64,000 nt of DNA from Schmidtea nova (taxonomy: Eukaryota). Under the pieces are notes generated by a model, which searched no databases, was not told the origin of the DNA, and saw only the letters and a program-made list of their open reading frames with translations. Each line of letters begins with the position of its first letter. Position 1 is the stretch's first letter. Where the stretch lies: contig CM097884.1 of assembly GCA_044892505.1 (NCBI GenBank), positions 47,864,001-47,928,000 of the forward strand, in the 5' to 3' direction. Shown here in pieces: positions 33,481 to 46,439 of this stretch. A program made the position numbers and the translations under genes.

Positions 33481-33489
33481 AATAAAATT

Positions 33490-34330
33490 AAAAAAAGATC
33501 ATTTCGTCATATCCAAGGCCAGTCTTTTTGAATATAACGAATGATTTTTATCATAATTAGAAGTTTCCAATAATTTATCTCTGGTCATTGCTGGTAATAA
33601 TTATTTTAAATACAAATTGTTTTGTGGTTAGCAGAGTTTATTAAAATATAATAATAAGTTAACAATGTTAAGCCTTCTCCGCAATGTTTATTTAAATGAA
33701 ATAATAAAAAGATCATGATCACTCCAATATGAAATTCTTTCCAATTGACTTCCTGCTTCTTTCTCAATATTTTCTTTCTCCTGAATTCTGGAGAAAAGAA
33801 AATATTGACCGAATACTGAAAATTATAAATAATGTAAATATTTATACGAATATTAAATTATTTATATTATCATAGTTTAAATTAAGTAAATGAACCGACT
33901 CATACGTACCCGCATCGCAACAAGATGGAAATACTAACAGCAAGTTAACAACCCAGAAGGTCAAGAAAATAAACAACAACAAAAAATCATTTTAATACAT
34001 GCAGTGATTTTTCTCCTTGACTGAGAATACATTGATCGTTGAATAACATTTATCGAACATAATTTGAAAAAAATGAACCAATAAACTTATGAATGTGCAA
34101 ACTATCAAACTTGCATACTTTCTATGAATAGAATTATACCGTATCTCCGAAAATTTGACCAGCGATGTTCTCCGAATATTTTTCTTCTCAACTGGTGAGA
34201 GATGTTGATCTTTTGTTAACAAAATCTTTAATATTTTCAGAAAGAATTTTTATTCTCAAGAGTGTTAAAAATAATGAAAATGACATATATATATACCATT
34301 TTCACATCATTTAATTCAAGTGATGCATTG
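33490..34330 (-). pseudogene. pPolB remnants, convergent with the capsid gene
   Basis: LLPAMTRDKLLETSNYDKNHSLYSK at ~33500-33610 aligns with LLTAMISDCLLDTSNYDPNYPLYSR of copy 1; weaker motif-B-like sequence at ~34100-34300. Confidence 0.55.
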
Positions 34331-37300
34331 AAACTAACTTTTCTAGAAGGCTTTTCTATTTTATTTAATTTATTTTAAAAAAATAATTATTTTATTTTTA
34401 CCAAAATAAATTTATATTTATACATAAAGTTTTATTCATTACCTTAATAAAATTTATTTTTATCAAAACTTTGTATTTTTCATGAATTTTTACTACTTTA
34501 GTCACTACTTTAAACATTTACTACTTTAAAAGTTTTTACTACTTTAATATGTTCTTTTTGAATGTTCTTTCTATTTAATTTAATTTGATTTACAAGTTAA
34601 ATATTTTATTTTTACTAAAGTAAGTTTACATTTATAAATAAAATTTTATTCATTACTTTAATAAATTTTATTTTTATCAAAATTTTAAATTTTACTTAAA
34701 TATTAACTACTTTAATTTTAATTTTTACAATTTACTTTTACATTTTTCAGATTTAAGTTATCAAAATTAAGATAATTAATCATAAAATTCTTTGAATTTT
34801 TCTAATTCTTCAATGAATTTTCTGTTAATTTTTTTTAATGTTTTTTGAGGTTACTTCTTGCTCTTGTTCAATTTAAATTTTACTTTTGTTTCAATTAATT
34901 TTTTTCTGTGTTTCTTATTACTTTTGTTTATCTGGTGTTTAGTATTTAAGATATTTAAGTATACTTCTTACGCGATCTCTACTGGCTTTCCTCACTCATT
35001 TCCAAATTTATTAAATTTAGTTTTTGCCCAACTAAATGTCTTTTTCAAAGAGTATCTTTGTAAGTTTTATTATTTTTCTAAAAGTCTATAGATAAAAATT
35101 TAAAAAAGTAATAAATAAAGTACAAAATTAATTAAAAATTGAAAAAATAAAACTCAATATTTTGAGGAGGAAATGAGTATAAGCAGTTGACAACTACAAA
35201 GATAATAATTTAAAATCGTGGGGTTCATAGAAAAAGATATAGGAAAACATAAATTAATTTTAAAAAAACAAATAAACTTAATTGCTGAATGGAAACCCCG
35301 AGAAGTAATAATAATTAACGGATAAATTTGAGCTCAGAGCGGTGTGTTGGTGTGTATGAGCTGTTACGAAATTATTGTTGGTCTCTAGGGATTTCTAAAA
35401 CCCACGCCCCATCATAAATGTTAAACTACTTCAGTCGTCTACCCATAGTTCCTCCTTGGCAAACTAAATGGTACTGTACACGGTGGCGAGAATCTAGTGA
35501 GCAGATGAGGTTTGTTTCCAAAACTGCTCCTCACTATATTCTCTCTTTCGGGTTCCTGCTGCCGATAGAAGGACTTACACACATACTTATTTTATGGTCC
35601 TTTCGCATGATTATTGTCTAGCTTTCTATTCGCCTTATTTATTCCCCCAACATATCTAAACAATCATCTCTTAATTTTCTCTTTATCTCGCTATTCTATA
35701 TTGGTTCTAACAGGTAGAATTTTAATAAAATCACTTGCTAAATTATCCGATGTGAAAGTAAGTTGTTAAAATTATGAAATGTTAAGTTATGATTTTTCAG
35801 CGTCTGTTTATACTAATTCCAAATGACGCCTACGCATCCTGTTTGTTAAATAGGAATAATAATACTTTAATTTATATTTTTATTTTAAAATTTAATTTAT
35901 TTAATTTGATAAATGATTATTTCGGCTCCTTGCGATTAGATCGATTTTTGTCACTTTCCGAAATTAACACAGTACTTTCATCAGGATCAATAGGTACCTC
36001 AGATTCAGACATACGCATACCAACATTATCAGATTTCAAAATAAACTTATCCACGGTCACTTTTGTCATTTTCTCAAGAAAAGATTTAAAGTAACCCTTT
36101 TTAAGTAATAACTCAACCAAGACATCAATACTTTTTACTGAATTATCAAACGTAGAAGATAGTGACCAAAACTAGTATATAAAGGGCGCTCAAGTCAGTA
36201 GCATTACCACTTTTATAAACATTTTCGTTTAGGAGCATTTTTCTGAAAACCAAACCAATATTATTTTTGTAGTAGCGATTTAGCAGCGTACATTATCATC
36301 CGAACAGCAATTCTAACCAATGACACTTGAGCCATTTTTATCATTCCATTGACAACTCTTGATCAGCTTTTGAGCATCTTAGTTATGAAATTCTTATTTG
36401 GAAGATATTGCAAGTAAAATTGTATTCTTTAAATAAATTTTTTGTTATGAACCACGGTATTTTCATTTTGTCTAAAAATTTAAATTCATGTTGGTAGTAA
36501 GTTGCCTGAGAGTCTGGACGGCTCTAGGAGTTGCTGACTCTCTCGGTAGTTTCGCCCTCCATTTCACACCTCTAGTGTGGGATGGATGGATGGACTATTG
36601 CATGGCAAGTCGGTAAAAAGTTCAAACAGTGAGTGGCTGCGAATGTCGGAATGCCGAGATACCAGTAGTTCCCCGGGTTGAACAATTCTCGATACGGAGA
36701 TGAATTTATTTGTATCAGGATTTTCCCCTGTTTAATCGAGTTCCAGCGCAAAAGGTGAATTTTTATACCAGTAGTTTCCACGGTTTAATCCAATTGTCAG
36801 AGTAGAAAATAAAGGATTTTTCTTGGCAGTGCCCCGGTGGAATCAATTGTCGGCGTAAAAAGTGAATATCGGTAGTTCCCTGTTTAAACCAAATAACCAG
36901 ATAATCCAGATAATTTCCCTGTTTTTACAAATCGCTTTTCCATTCAACAAAACTTTCGTCAGGTTCCATTTTCTGTTAAATAAAGGTAGTGTTTAAATCG
37001 ATTCCCAGTCTCAGAACTTATTTCAGTAAATTCATAAATATGTCATGCACTTACAAAAATTGCTAGAACCGATTAAGCTGGAGCATTTTTCGTAAAAATC
37101 AATTTGTAACTCCCATAATACAACCCGAGCGTGAATTCCAAAATCCCCGAACAATTTATTACGGATTATTCTCTCGAGGTATTCATGCCACAGCTCTCCT
37201 AAACACCCATCGTGACAGTGCGTGAAGTTAGTGAACCTAGGTATAGATGAGAGTAATTACGCTTCACTCGAGCACACCACCAGGTAATGACGTCATCGAA

Positions 37301-39018
37301 TTTCATTCAAGTGCTGGCTAGTAGCAAGAAAGCTCCAAGAGATGTGTAGTGAGATGGGATAGTAGAATCAACTGCAGTAAGGAGAGAAATAGAATAATGA
37401 ATTTGTTATTAATGTCACTGAGAGTTGAATTGAAGAAGTGAGGTCTCCATGAGTAATTAAAATGTTTTCCTATCTAATATTTCGGTAGTGTAGGACGAGT
37501 ATGAGGAAGTAGAATGAAAGATTTTGCTAATGGATTTTTCATTAGAGCTAATCATCTAACTCAGTGAACTCGGGATAAACACTAATTGCGGAGAGTGAAG
37601 TGCGGAGAAGGTAGCCTCATGAGATTTTTCATTGTGTTAATTGAATTCTGAGTGATCAGTCATGAGTGCATTACGCTAAGTGTCAACAACTAAATCAATT
37701 TAAATTTTCCCCTCTGCAAAAGGATTGAAATAGAATATTTTACCCCCAAAGAGAATTTAATGGAGAAGCCTGCCCTACTTTAGAGTAAATTTGCAAGCCA
37801 ACCTGGCTTAAGGGGAAATTTACATTGAGCCAAACTCGTTATCCCTAATTGCGTCGACCTCAGAACATTAAAATATGAAATGTTGACATGAATGTAAATA
37901 AACGAGTAGCAATGCTAGAGATTGATGATCAAGAATTTCAGGGCATAAAATAGACTATAGACGATTAAATTATTGGTTATGGGTTCCTCTATTACCCACG
38001 TGGCTGATATGAATGGGGAATATAACGTTGGAATATTAACTAACTCAAGAGTATAGGAATGTTTAGGTCGAAGGGGTGAAGGCGAATAAAAGTTTTATTC
38101 GGGTTATAACAAATGAAGGCCCAACATAAACTTTTTTTATGTACATTTAAAATTATCTGTTTTAGGCCTACGATGAACAACGAATACTTCTGGTTCCAGG
38201 AATTGAGAGGAGAGCACACTTTAACAATTCCAACCAACTCTACACAGAAATTTTATGACAATCATTTGATATTGGTCATGCAACTCAAGAATGTTGCGAC
38301 CAAATTGATCAGAGAGATTTTCGACGAGCACCATGCAGCATTCACAAATACCGGGACCGTCCCTTCGTTTAGCCATTCCCGGGATAGCCCCGATGAAATA
38401 ATATGGCATGGGAGTTGAGAATGGCCCATCAATGTCGATAGAGAATACTCGAATGACCTGCCGAAATACTTCGCCGAGTCACCCACCGATGTAACCGAAC
38501 GATCCAGTTTTGAGGCACAATCCCGCAGGACGAATTTCGAAGTATGGGGCATTTGGTGTTCAGCCCTTCTCCATCTGCCTGACCCACAGACTCTCCTTTC
38601 AGCCCCTAGGAAACCCAATGAATACAATTGTAGACATTTGTGATTTTGCTATATACTTGACTTAATTTGGTATTAATTGTTCATTGTCTAGTTATTTAAA
38701 ATATTAATTATTTGTTTCTTGCGTTTTAGTTAATTACCTTTGTTTTAAATATACGTAGTTGTGTAGTATACTTTATTAGTTAGTAATTCGTAATAGTAGC
38801 TTTCTTATTGGAATTAGAATGAGATTGCTGTTGGTTATATAGGTTTTCGAGCTAGGAGTCAAGTCGGAAAAAGTGTACATGTTAGTTACGTCCAGAATTA
38901 AGGGGCGAGGTAACCCGAGTTGGTTTAAGATAGTTTAAAAATCTATAAATCGTTATACTAAAATGTTTTGAATATTTAGTCATCCGAAACGTATTAGATC
39001 ACTATAGAGCAAGAAGCC

Positions 39019-39465
39019 ATGGGAAAGTTGAAGCGCAGGATTCTTAATTTAGAAAGTAATTATTTCTCGCCAGCCGAAATGAAAGCGACAAAAGATAAAT
39101 TATCTCGTGCCATCAGGGTCATCGAAGACCAAAGAATTGAATTAGAGGCCATCAAAATAGGGTTAAGTAATTGTCGAAAGTTAATTACTCAACGATTTAT
39201 AGCTGAAAATCTGAAGAACCTGCTTAGGTCAATGGCATTATCTAATTGGTTTCCAGTATCATACCAGATTGAGGAGAGTACGAGTAGCATGACCAAGGAG
39301 ATAAATTTAACGACAAGGAAAAGATGGAAGACCCATGGACAACGTCGCATTCGTGCAAAGCAACGCTTAGAGGAAGAAAAGACGAAACCATCAAAAAACG
39401 GAAAAATGACATCCTTTGCAATTGATGCATTAAATAAAACTGTTGTAATTGTAATATATGATTAA
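39019..39465 (+). CDS. 148-aa basic coiled-coil hypothetical protein carried by unit D
   Basis: Intact ATG-initiated ORF, heptad-like N-terminal half, R/K-rich C-terminal half. Confidence 0.45.
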   Translation: MGKLKRRILNLESNYFSPAEMKATKDKLSRAIRVIEDQRIELEAIKIGLSNCRKLITQRFIAENLKNLLRSMALSNWFPVSYQIEESTSSMTKEINLTTRKRWKTHGQRRIRAKQRLEEEKTKPSKNGKMTSFAIDALNKTVVIVIYD

Positions 39466-39466
39466 A

Positions 39467-39471
<5 letters not shown>

Positions 39472-39536
<65 letters not shown>

Positions 39537-39537
39537 A
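39472..39537. repeat. (TA)n(TG)n microsatellite
   Basis: Seen directly. Confidence 0.95.
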
Positions 39538-41240
39538 TTGCACAAATGAAATCATTGTTTTGTTTGAGTGTTGAATTTTATATTTTGCTTGATTTAAAAT
39601 AGTAACTGAAAGTGTTTTTCCGACGAATCAAAGAATAAGAATAGTATAGCGAATTTACAGTTTACACCCAAAATTAAAAACCAGCGCAAGGGTGAGAGTG
39701 GGAAATAACATGACCTTTTATCGGTCCAGTAGAACCCGTACAAGAATCGAATCGAGAGTAGTTCTTGTAAAGGAGCTCACCTGTCGATTCGCAGTCGTCT
39801 GTCATGCACAGAACCAATGTAAATAAATATGGTATTTACGGGTGCATGGGCAGTAAGGGTTTATGTGCGTGTTGTGACCCTAGAAAGAAAGAGTATTTGA
39901 GAGGAGAGATGAGTATTTGTAATTTCGAACAACAACACGACCAACATTCCTTTCTATCGTTTTCTCCCTAACTCGACCGAATTATGAAATTCGGTTCATG
40001 ACTGCTATTTGCACTTAAGTATTTTATAATCTTTTGCGTTATTTTACTGCTTAATGCTCTATCGTGCGCTTTGAATTCGTTTCTTTTTGTGCCAATTTAA
40101 TTTTTGGTGCGTTTGAACAAAATTTATTTTCTTTTCTACCAGTACTACAGGTGAATCAATTTGATCATTTTAAGAAAAAAGCGACGGTAAAAAGGAAATG
40201 ACAGGAATTGTTCTAAATTATTCAGGAGATTTCCTATTCAGCTCCTAATTTAATTAATTTATTTGTAAAAAGTTGCAAGTTGATTGCAAAATTAAAAACA
40301 AAAAAGAATTATGAAATAAAGGAAATTTTGTCAGTGTAAAGAAACTATCAAAACAAATATGAATTGCTGATGTCGAACAGTCACGGTAACTAATATCAAG
40401 AATTTAATAAAACAATACACGAATTTCTAATTAATTAATTTTCAATCATAAAACTTATTTTCAATTTTCATTATCCTCATTTCTTTTCAGACAATAATCC
40501 TTAATTTGATTTTAATAATAATATTAATAATGAAAATAATAATAATAATAATTGAGAGATGTTTAAAAATACTCTAAATATTTTTATAAAATTATTTTAA
40601 TGAAAAAAGTATTTTGTAAAGAGAACATCTCGTTTAAAATTAAAATAATTATCAAGTAAAGATTTTAATTAGAATATTTAACATCAAATTTACAATAAGA
40701 AGTTTTATTAAAGTTTTTGTTAAATAATTAGGTTTATTAAAATATAGCTGAAATTAATTTAAAATCGTATGTTGAATATATGAATGAATGTTTAAAAATT
40801 CTGTCACGAAAAATTACATATTTATTTGAATCTTCTAACGTTGTTTAAAAAATTGTGGTAAAAATACAGTCTTTGAAATTTTGTTAATTTAATTATTAAT
40901 TTAATGATCGATGCAATTAACACCTGAAGTTCGGGAAAAGATGATACTAACAATAATAATAAGTGCTAGTTTTGAAAATTTTAGTTAAATATAAAATAGG
41001 ATATCGATCGATTGTCTGGAGAGAAATGAAATAGATGTTCCAATTAAATTTAATAAAAAAATAAAACTTAAAACTAATAAAATTTAATAAAAATCTTGGC
41101 AAAATTGTCAATTGTCTGAAAAATCAATAACTTAAAATGAATGCTCTAAAGTTAATTCCTACAAAGAAGATTAAAATAGAAGAGAAAATATAAGTGAAAG
41201 TGTAAAATCTAAAATATCAGGCAAGAGTCACTGTTGAAAG

Positions 41241-43031
41241 CTAATTGATTTGCTGAAGAGCTATGTTAAATTTAAGAACGTCTATCAACTTCATTCCATA
41301 TTCACTTTTCAGATTTCCGTATAGAAAATCTGGAGATTTTGAATTCAAGTCTACCATTGACATAATCAACCGACCATCAAACGAAGAGAATTTAATTTTA
41401 AGATGTTCTAAATTGTGTTTCACCAGCCATTTTTCAACGTCTTTAGTGGTCCATTTGTTAATTTCCGAACAAGTATCAATTGTAATTGCGTTAGCGTCTC
41501 GACTTTCTAAATGTGTTGCTTCGTTTGCAATGGCAGTTTTCGGCACAATTAAAGCTTCAGTGTCATTCATGAAAAGCGTTATGTTATTTAAAAGTCCAGA
41601 AAAAGACTCGTTGAAGTTTCGTCGGTCACTGAATTCATAATACGTCTTGCTACCCATTATGATTCCCAGCCAACTCATTGGTTTATATTTAAATTCGACA
41701 ATTAAAGGAACAATTGGTTTCTTTAAGGAAAAGGCATATTCGGCTTCAGTGCGACAATTAGGACTTGTTCGATATGATTCCGATATCGCCATTACAAAGA
41801 TTTGAGAGTTCTCAATGCCGTCTGCCATGGCTTCAAGGGTAGAACCTTTCATCTGGTCTACATCGATCCAGACATTAATTTTTGACTTTAACAATTCATC
41901 TCGAATCGACAAAACTGTCGCCTTATTAGCCCAAGAATAGCTGAGAAACACATCGAATTTCCATTTTTCTTTAGCTGCTTTCAACTTCGATATTTGTGCC
42001 GACTTCAGCCTCTGTTTAGATTGACCTTTACTGTCGATAAGCCACGAGATTCCTTCGAAGCATTTTTTAATTTTAGATGACGGATGGCTTTCGAAAGGTC
42101 TTATCAAAGAACTTAACTTAAAGTCGATAATCAAAGTCTGTTTGATTTCTTTATCAAAGCAGAGATTCCACAAAGTCCCGAGACACTTCTCAATGTCATC
42201 ATCGCAACTCGGATTTGCAATTATATCAATTATTAATTGAATGCCATTTTCATTGACAATAGACTTCTTCATGTTGTCATTCGCTGAAAGGCATTTCAGG
42301 CCGTTCACCAGCTCCCAAATAGCGAATCCATTATTGCGTTTTTTTTTGTTTTCCATGGCACTTCTGATTTGACCGATTAGCAAATTAATGGTGTTTTTTC
42401 CTTCTTCAAGCAAATGCAACTCATTTTCCTTTACCAAACAAGCCAATGTCAAAATAGATACCAAACCTATGAAATCCGAATCATTCATGTGAACTAATTC
42501 CACTAGTCCTTCTTTCAAGTCTTGAGACTGAAAGATTCCTTCATAGCCAGGTACTCGAACGACATTGTGGATGATGCTTATAGAGCTTTTCATCACATAA
42601 TAAATGTTTGTACTTTTCAAGTTCTGGATGTAAGGTTTGTGGAGCACATTTGTGATTAACAGCTGAGGTAGTTTTGTGTTGATTATACTATTGGCTATTT
42701 CTTGGGTCGTGTCACAATAGTTCCAGAGACCATTCAAAGCATAATATGTAGAAAACCAAATCGTATCGTTGTTGAAAAATCCAACATCGTTAAATTTACA
42801 AATAACTTCTGCTATAATGTTTACATAATCCAGTCTCATTAATTCAGTAGTTATAGCTTTTAAATGAGTTTTGAGATCAAAATATGATTGAGAAAGATTT
42901 TGAAAAATGTGGTAATCTGAAATCTCAGTTAATGGATCTTTTATTTGACTTATTTTTTCTAGTGTTTCCTTTATGAAGTTCACAGCTTGTTGTGCTGAAA
43001 AAGATTTGTCGTAATATGGCATAGCTGTGGC
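41241..43031 (-). CDS. ARM-repeat / TIR / SAM-like protein (5' end lost in the gap)
   Basis: About 595 uninterrupted codons: ARM-like helices (ALNGLWNY, LKCLSANDNMK, LGTLWNLCFD), TIR (FDVFLSYSW, VWIDVDQM, YRTSPNCRTEAEYA, KPIVPL, WLGII), C-terminal SAM-like WTTKDVEKWL. Confidence 0.9.
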   Translation of the reverse strand, partial: ATAMPYYDKSFSAQQAVNFIKETLEKISQIKDPLTEISDYHIFQNLSQSYFDLKTHLKAITTELMRLDYVNIIAEVICKFNDVGFFNNDTIWFSTYYALNGLWNYCDTTQEIANSIINTKLPQLLITNVLHKPYIQNLKSTNIYYVMKSSISIIHNVVRVPGYEGIFQSQDLKEGLVELVHMNDSDFIGLVSILTLACLVKENELHLLEEGKNTINLLIGQIRSAMENKKKRNNGFAIWELVNGLKCLSANDNMKKSIVNENGIQLIIDIIANPSCDDDIEKCLGTLWNLCFDKEIKQTLIIDFKLSSLIRPFESHPSSKIKKCFEGISWLIDSKGQSKQRLKSAQISKLKAAKEKWKFDVFLSYSWANKATVLSIRDELLKSKINVWIDVDQMKGSTLEAMADGIENSQIFVMAISESYRTSPNCRTEAEYAFSLKKPIVPLIVEFKYKPMSWLGIIMGSKTYYEFSDRRNFNESFSGLLNNITLFMNDTEALIVPKTAIANEATHLESRDANAITIDTCSEINKWTTKDVEKWLVKHNLEHLKIKFSSFDGRLIMSMVDLNSKSPDFLYGNLKSEYGMKLIDVLKFNIALQQIN

Positions 43032-43174
43032 NNNNNNNNNNNNNNNNNNNNNNNNNNNNNNNNNNNNNNNNNNNNNNNNNNNNNNNNNNNNNNNNNNNNN
43101 NNNNNNNNNNNNNNNNNNNNNNNNNNNNNNNNNNNNNNNNNNNNNNNNNNNNNNNNNNNNNNNNNNNNNNNNNN
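43032..43174. other. Assembly gap (Ns)
   Basis: Run of N. Confidence 1.
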
Positions 43175-43886
43175 GAATTTTATTATATAGCAATAATAAA
43201 AAGATAAATTTCCGTCTGTATAAAACGCAATATCAGGAAATAAATAATTAATAATGGCTGTGTCCAAATATCGTGTAACTAATAAAAAAATTATTTTACA
43301 AAATTATTTAATACATTATTTGTTTTAATTTCCTTTGCTGTATACAAACGGAAATTTATAAGCAGAGAAATTTTACGTGACGATTAAGAGACTTTTGTGT
43401 GTAAGTTGGGCAGGTGTAAATAGATCCGGATGTATTTATTATCCATTTATTTAGCTGACACGTGCATCTGGCTGCATGTCACCTCGAATGCTTTACGCAT
43501 TTATTTGCATTCGAATTGAAAATGGTGTATACCATTTATATTCGGCTGTAGTTTCAATTAATAAAACAATTCATTTACAAGGAAATAAATTAGATATTCA
43601 AAGTAAAAGATTAGTCATTAGTTATCGAACTCCAGTCAGTAAATCACACCCATTATTTTTTACGAGTATTTTTCATTTAATCATATAAATAAATGGTGTG
43701 AAATTTGATAGAAGAAAGTTTAAATATGAGTAGAAACTTGAAATTCAAATACCCTTATTAAATAATATTATTGTGTAAATAATTTGATTTTTGATTTATA
43801 TTAAGTGTTATTAACTTTTCATTTTTGACTGCTCAAAGTTTTTTTATCACGATTATTTACCTTTTAATTTAATAGTTCATTGAACA

Positions 43887-45331
43887 TACCTTGGCCTACC
43901 AAAAATCTTCAATCAGACAGTTATTTACATATTGCAGTTTATAATGAACGTCTGCCGTACAAATATGAACAGCAATAGGAACAAATATCACCAACACCTT
44001 CAACGTGCTGCATGCACACATGTACTCACGCACACACAGACACACACAGAATATGACTTCTCACACCAGACACAAAACAGTGATATCAGTGAGTCATGTT
44101 AATGAAGGATTATCACTTTCTTAGAATATGACTACTCACACCAGACACACAACAGTGAGTCATGTTGATGAAGGGTTGTCATTTTCTTAGAATATGGCTG
44201 CTTGGAGAGAACTTACATTCTTTCAGAAAGGCATAATTTACGGATGTTACCTTTGTGGAAAAAATCAGAGTGAAACTGCTGCACTGACTGGCCATCCCAA
44301 AGGAACTATTAACTACTTCCTGAGGAAGTACCGCCAGGAAGAGACACATGTCAACAAGCAACGTTCAGGCCACTCTAAACTTCTGAGCATCCATCCACAA
44401 CCGCAGCTGAAACGACTTGTTTCATCGTCGGTTCCCCTGTCCAAGTTAGTATCCACATTTAACACTGACCCTGTGCATGCCAGCATGTCCACCATTCGTC
44501 GCTCATTATATTGTCATGGTTTCTATGGCAGATACTGCGCAAGGTAGCCTTTGATTACAGAAACAATTCGTCCTCGACGCTTGAAGTGGTGCCGGGAGAA
44601 AAGGAGTTTGACAGCAGAACAATGGCGCTCAGTAATTTGAAGTGATGAATCACGTTTCACTCTTTTCAAATCTAATGGACAGCAATTCTGCTGGCATCGT
44701 GTAGGAGAACGATTTCACCCTGACTGCATTCAGCCAACTGTGAAATATGGAAGAGGCTCCATCATGTTTTGGAGTCTTTTATCAGCTCATGAAACTGGCC
44801 CTCTAGTGAAGTGCAGAAATCACATGACGTCAGTGGAATACCGTGTCATTCTGGAAAATGAGCTTGTTCCCTTTCTCCCAGAAATTGAGGGGATTATTTT
44901 CCAACAGGATAATGCACCAATCCATACTTCGCTCATTATAAAGGAATTCTTTCTGCAACACAGCATCAACGTTTTGGATTGGGTTCCACAAAGCCCTGAT
45001 CTGAATCCTATTGAGTTTCTGTGGGACGTCCTTGGTAGACAAGTTCGCAAAAGGACTTTCATTGCCCGTAACGCCTCCGAACTGGAAACGCATCTGCATG
45101 AGGAATGGTCACACATCTCCACTGATTTACTGGCAAAAGTGGTCGATACAATGCCTAAACGAGTACGCCTTTTTATCCACATGAAAGGTTATATAACGAA
45201 GTACTAATTCTCTCAGCACTACAGACATTCAGCATTCGTGTGTGTTTGTGACATTTGTTCCCATTGCTGCTCATTATAAACTGCAATATGTAAATAACTG
45301 CCTGACTGGAGACTTTTGGTAGGCCGGGGTA
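43887..45331 (+). mobile_element. Tc1-family transposon, full length, transposase with stops (44194-45207)
   Basis: ~50-bp TIRs and a TA on the right. Motifs SDESRF, VKYGRGSIMFW, IFQQDNAPIH, WVPQSPDLNPIE (DD34E type); in-frame stops at ~44545 and ~44638. Confidence 0.95.
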
Positions 45332-46439
45332 TATAATATGGTTGCACAACCTTCTTTCATAGTGGAATAAATTGGTGTTCTATAATTAAGCGGTCTGCCA
45401 TCATTACAATATCAAAAATAAAATGAAGTTTATAAACTTTTATCTAATCAAGTCTCGTTAACTTTCCTTATATCAAGTAATGCGTATTTGATGAATAAAT
45501 TGTGTGTAAGAGAGAATCCGATTCGATAGTCTGATATGATTTGATGATTGTGCATAACTACTCAGATATTCAAACGACTAACCCTCTTCACAATGACAGA
45601 ATAAAACTCTTATACTAAATATTAAATGATTATTAAAACTCCTAATATTGTGATCACGCTAGGTCAAACTAATGCAATAATTATTTTTATACAATCAAAA
45701 CTTTTCCATCTCGGAAATAATGAAAGAACACTTTTGGAAGAAATTAGTAAAAATAATTTACGATTTTACTCATAATTGCAATTAAAAATATATGTATCCA
45801 AGGTTTTATGCCTGTAGATCTAACTGAACGTTACGAAAAAGCAATAAAAATGTTGATAATTGCGTCTGATATTGGTTGTAACTGTTGATATAATTAAAAT
45901 TGGTATTGTTGTCTTGAAAATTCGAAAATATCGGATTCATAGAAAGTTTTAGAGGTAGTTGTTATATTCTAGTGGGAAAATAAGAACTGCCGATAATATT
46001 GTTGTTCTGTTCCCAGAACGTTTTCTCTGCGTTACATGAGATGTGATCAAATGACTGATTGTTAATGGCAAACATTATTATGGAATGTATGATGAAGAAA
46101 TTGTCTTGATGAAATATTCGAAAACGTGTCGAAGGTAAAATGGTTGTTCCGTTATTAAAACAAAGTTAAAAAGAAAAGATTATTTGATTTAATAATACAT
46201 GAATTATTTAATTATTAAATCAATATCATTATTAAATTGGAATGTCTGAGGCACTATATGGTCAATAATAAGTTAATGAATCGTTATCATGATACTGAGC
46301 CGAAGATAGGTGTGATTAGGATAAATATTTTAAAGATTTTGGGACATGTGAATATTAAAAAAAACTAACGTATGTGCCAACAAAAGTTCCTAAGAAATAC
46401 TAGAGAAAATTTCTAAAACAAACATTCAAAAGTTGCAAA

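Larger units (their letters stand above)
26690..34330 (+). mobile_element. Decayed Polinton/Maverick element (copy 2): ATPase, core-like protein, integrase, two pentons, small virion protein, major capsid, pPolB remnant
   Basis: Successive conserved Polinton genes listed below; ends not resolved. Confidence 0.92.
36489..39946 (+). mobile_element. Giant solo-LTR-like unit D (3458 bp), nested in C
   Basis: Terminal inverted repeats TGTTGGTAGT / ACGACCAACA (9 of 10 match); flanks TTCA/TTCC; shared motif at 39714-39780. Confidence 0.65.
35345..40149 (-). mobile_element. LTR-like unit C (1343 bp after removing nested D)
   Basis: ggtg|TGTTGG...TACTACA|ggtg; shared motif at 35497-35572; ORF remnant 35917-36120 (-). 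Confidence 0.55.

Noticed and set aside
35345-35652. Short 308-bp LTR ending at CCCCCAACA (35652)
   Set aside because: No TSD, and similarity to unit D continues past 35652; the 40149 end gives a perfect TSD.
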